Shown here: positions 63,220-64,000 of the stretch, in pieces
Position numbering within the stretch: the first letter of the stretch is position 1
Layout of the letters: each line of letters opens with the position of its first letter
Origin: Mobula birostris
Lineage: Eukaryota
Length of the DNA: 64,000 nt
Direction: 5' to 3'
NCBI RefSeq assembly: GCF_030028105.1
Contig: NC_092380.1
Location: 114,027,191 to 114,091,190 of the forward strand
Translations under genes and position numbers: made by a program
The notes under the pieces: generated by a model
The model's input: only the letters and a program-made list of their open reading frames with translations
What the model was told of the DNA's origin: nothing
The model's database searches: none

Positions 63220-64000
63220 AGACCATAAGACACAGGAGCAGAATTAGGCCATTCAGCCCATCGAGTCTGCTCCGCCATTCCATCATGACTGATCCCAGAT
63301 CCCACTCAACCCCGTTCACCTGTCGTCTCACCATAACCTTTGATGCCCTGACTGATCAGGAAACGATCAACTTCCACCTTAACTTCACCTACAGACGTAG
63401 CCGCCACTGCAGCTTGTGGCAGAGGATTTCACAGATTTACTACTCCCTGGCTAAAAAAAATTCCTCCTGACCTCTGTTCTAAAGTGTCACCCCTCAATTT
63501 TGAGGCTGTGTCCTCTAGTTCTGGATACCCCCACCATAGGAAACATCCTCTTCGTATCCACCCTATCTAGTCCTTTCAACATTTGAACTGCCTCTCCTCT
63601 GTCCACTCTGCTTGTTACTTCCTCAAGGAACTAACAGATTTGTCAGGTAGAATTTCCCTTTACAGAAACTCTGATGACTTTGACTTATTTTATCGTTAGT
63701 ATCCAAGTACCTCAAAACCTCATCCTTAATAATAGACTCCAACAATCACTGAGGTCAGGCTAACTGGTCTATAATTTCCTTTCTTTTGCCTTCCTCCCTT
63801 CTTAAAGAGTGGAGTGACATTTACAATCTTCCAGTCCTCCAGGACCATGCCAGAATCAAGTGATTCTTGAAAGATCATGACCAATGCATCCGCAATCTCT
63901 TCAGCAACCTCTCTCAGGGCTCTGGGATGTAGTCCATCTGGCCCAGGTGATTTATCCACCTTAAGACCTTTGAGTTTGCCTAGCACTTATTCCTTTGTAA
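63220..64000 (-). mobile_element. CR1 LINE, internally deleted, running off the right end of the window
   Basis: KSPGPDGLHPRAL...NYRPVSLTS; CR1 3'UTR near 63220. Confidence 0.85.

Overview
Vertebrate genomic DNA, very rich in repeats. The repeat set (CR1/HER1-like, Rex/Babar, Penelope-derived, tRNA SINEs) suggests a cartilaginous fish, probably a ray; this is inference. Recognisable host genes: USP47 first coding exon (minus, 346-384) with a CpG-island promoter; a complete two-exon bicistronic PYURF (PREY)/PIGY locus (minus, about 26.9-30.5 kb); and GALNT18 first coding exon (plus, 56909-57122). USP47 and GALNT18 are divergent, as in human, but here PYURF-PIGY lies between them. The rest is nested transposons (LINE > hAT > LINE; CR1 inside CR1), R4/Dong-like and Penelope fragments, Tc1/pogo relics, several minisatellites (the 1200-1400 aa ORFs are repeat artefacts) and two N gaps. 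The most notable signals are: the PYURF/PIGY bicistron with an extra in-frame upstream ATG; a tailless TOP2A 3'-end retrocopy with a 15-bp TSD; an intact minimal hammerhead motif antisense in the PYURF intron; and a G-rich satellite with a 200-bp higher-order unit born from a LINE segment. Gene identities come from recalled protein similarity, not database searches. Many repeat boundaries are approximate.
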